Origin: Chiloscyllium plagiosum
Lineage: Eukaryota
Length of the DNA stretch: 64,000 nt
Assembly (NCBI RefSeq): GCF_004010195.1
Contig: NC_057718.1
Location: 92,823,404 to 92,887,403 of the forward strand
Direction: 5' to 3'
Shown: one piece after another, positions 61,755 to 64,000 of the stretch
Position numbering within the stretch: position 1 is the stretch's first letter
Layout of the letters: each line of letters begins with the position of its first letter
The notes under the pieces: generated by a model
Seen by the model: the letters and a program-made list of their open reading frames with translations, nothing else
What the model was told of the DNA's origin: nothing
Databases searched by the model: none
Made by a program: the position numbers and the translations under genes

Positions 61755-62353
61755 GTGATTTTATCTCAAGAGGGTTGGAATATAAAAGCACCGTTGTGCT
61801 ACTGAGACTTTATAAAGCTCTGGTTAGGCCCCATTTGGAGTACTGTGTCCAGTTTTGGTCCCCACACCTCAAGAAGGACATGCTGGCACTGGATGATCCC
61901 TGGAATGGTAGGTCTAACATACGAGGAACGGCTGAGGGTCCTGGGATTGTATTCATTGGAGTTTAGAAGATTAAGGGGAGATCTAATAGAAACTTACAAG
62001 ATAATACATGGCTTGGAAAGGGTGGACGCTAGGAAATTGTTTCCGTTAGGCGAGGAGACTAGGACCCGTGGACACAGCCTTAGAATTAGAGGAGGTCAAT
62101 TCAGAACAGAAATGCGGAGACATTTTTTCAGCCAGAGAGTGGTGGGCCTGTGGAATTCATTGTGGCAGAAAACAGTGGAGGCCGGGACACTAAATGTCTT
62201 CAAGGCAGAGATTGATAAATTCTTGATGTCACAAGGAATTAAGGGCTACGGGGAGAATGCGGATAAGTGGAGTTGAAATGCCCATCAGCCATGATTGAAT
62301 GGCGGAGTGGACTCGATGGGTCGAATGGCCTTACTTCAACTCCTATGTCTTAT
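61755..62353 (+). mobile_element. CR1 LINE 3' fragment, young (CpG-retaining)
   Basis: [22 protein letters not shown]; LRGDLIETYKII...FFSQRVVGLWNSL. Confidence 0.95.
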
Positions 62354-62653
62354 TAGATTAGATTCCCTACGGTGTTGAAACAGGCCCTTCAGCCCAACAA
62401 GTCCACACCGACCCTCCGAACAGTAACCCACCCAGACGCATTTCCCTCTGACCAATGCATGTAACATTATGGGCAATTTAGCATGGCCAATTCACCTGGC
62501 CTACACATCTTTGGGCTGTGGGAGAAAACCAGAGCAAACCCCACAGACATGGGGAGAATGTGCAAACTCCAAACAGCCTGAGGCTGGAATAGAACCTGGG
62601 ACCCTGGTGCTGTGAGGCAGCAGTGCTAACCACTGAGCCACTGTGCTGCCCCC
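62354..62653 (-). mobile_element. HE1-type SINE, tail-to-tail with the CR1
   Basis: tagattagattccctac...ccactgagccactgtgctgcccc. Confidence 0.92.
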
Positions 62654-63179
62654 ATGTAGCCTCTCATCCTCACTGGGCCTCACCTCAAAGTTCATAAGGC
62701 TGGGAGATTGCTCTGGAATCACCTTGAGAGTGGGAGACCATGCTAAGGCCATGCCAGCTGGGAGACTGCCATGTAACACCGGAAGACTGCCAGGTCGGGT
62801 CAAGAGGACTATTGAGTTGGCTGCAGATTATATAATATTGTGTAGTATGTTCCAGTGCCAAGCACTGCAGGCTTATGCTTGGGATCGAGTACTGCTGCCA
62901 GACCTCCCTTCTACAGCTTTGAAATAAGACCAATTACTGTTCGAACAAAAGACTTAGAACTGGCAATCTGTGAAAGGTAAAATGACCAAAGTAAAGGACT
63001 TCAAAGGAAACTTACCATTTAAATTAAAATGTCATTTTGAGAGGTGATAGTGCACCCTAGCACTATGAGGCACTCTGCTCCTTTCTAAAAAAAATCACTT
63101 TCAATCCTCATGTTCAGACAGGTTATGACACACTATCATGACAGATGGAACTTGAACCCAGACCTTCTGTCCAGAGGTA

Positions 63180-63352
63180 GATGCAGATACAATTACAACA
63201 TTTAAAAGGTATTTGGACAGGTACGTGGATAGGAAAGATTTAGAGGCATATAGGCCAAACTCAGGCCAGTGGGACTAGTTTAGTTTGGGAAACTTGGTCA
63301 GCGTGGCATGGATGAGGGGGTCTGTTTCTGTACTGTATGACTCCATGACTCT
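63180..63352 (+). mobile_element. CR1 3' UTR fragment
   Basis: acaattacaacatttaaaagg...ctgtatgactccatgactcta. Confidence 0.85.
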
Positions 63353-63866
63353 AAGTAGGGACATGACTAATACAGCAACACAAAACTCCTTAACCTTCCT
63401 TCCTGTGCAGGCTTCGAGGGCATACGGCAATATTTTAGGATGAACCAGTATTGAGACAGTTATGCGAATTGGCCCTTGTCTAAACAATACGACATAGTTT
63501 TTTTGAATGATAACATTATGCATAAGTTACATTGACAACTTCATCCCAATCACAGAGACTATCAGGAGCCAGAGATGACATGTCTGTGTCCATCAGTGAC
63601 TCTTATCTGATTGTATTTTCTCTACCCAAGAGCTGTACAACATCATCAGACTGGGTGGAGCTTAATGCAGCTTTAACATTAACACTTTCAGTACCCTTAC
63701 CTTACACAGCAACGTTGCTTTCCACTGAACCCAATGGAAGGAGATTATGAGATTGGGTTTATGTCTGCCAACCCAGTTCAATAATGACCATCCAAAGTTA
63801 AAATGAGCACTTTTTGTTTTAAACATCATACAATGTGAGCTTTCTCCCTTTGGATTTCCAAGAAAA

Positions 63867-64000
63867 CCTTGGTCAGTTGGGCTGAGGAGTGGCGGATGTA
63901 GTTTAGTTTAGATAAATGTGAAGTGCTGCATTTTGGTAGGGTAAATCAGGGCAGGACTTCTACACTTAATGGTAAGGACTTTAGCGTGTTACAAACAAAG
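63867..64000 (+). mobile_element. CR1 ORF2 fragment running off the window end
   Basis: LGQLG.GV/DKCEVLHFGRVNQGR. Confidence 0.85.

Noticed and set aside
1-64000. CRISPR array, prokaryotic operon or defence system
   Set aside because: There are no regularly spaced direct repeats with unique spacers and no dense coding sequence; the window is vertebrate repeat-rich DNA.

Overview
This is repeat-dense eukaryotic DNA, almost certainly from a shark or ray. It is full of HE1-type tRNA-derived SINEs and their partner CR1/HER1-type LINEs. It also holds a DeuSINE (SacSINE1-like), L2 and L1/Tx1 fragments, Ty3/Gypsy remnants, a solo LTR, Harbinger-like Myb/SANT remnants and several Penelope-like elements (PLEs) with RT plus GIY-YIG endonuclease. 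I found no host protein-coding exon I can name; the window looks like a large intron or intergenic region, and almost all listed ORFs are broken transposon frames or antisense noise. The most notable signal is RNA-level: several distinct families of minimal type I hammerhead ribozyme motifs (CUGANGA-stem II-GAAA-palindromic stem III-UH) sit in PLE termini. These termini also occur alone as ~100-220 bp, mostly fold-back insertions flanked by 12-15 bp target-site duplications (TSDs); the cleanest is a 90+90 bp inverted repeat at 58627-58806 with back-to-back hammerheads. Hammerheads in PLEs are established biology; whether these short cassettes form an independently amplifying ribozyme family is an inference to test. 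Repeat boundaries were read by eye and are approximate, while quoted motif and TSD coordinates were counted directly.
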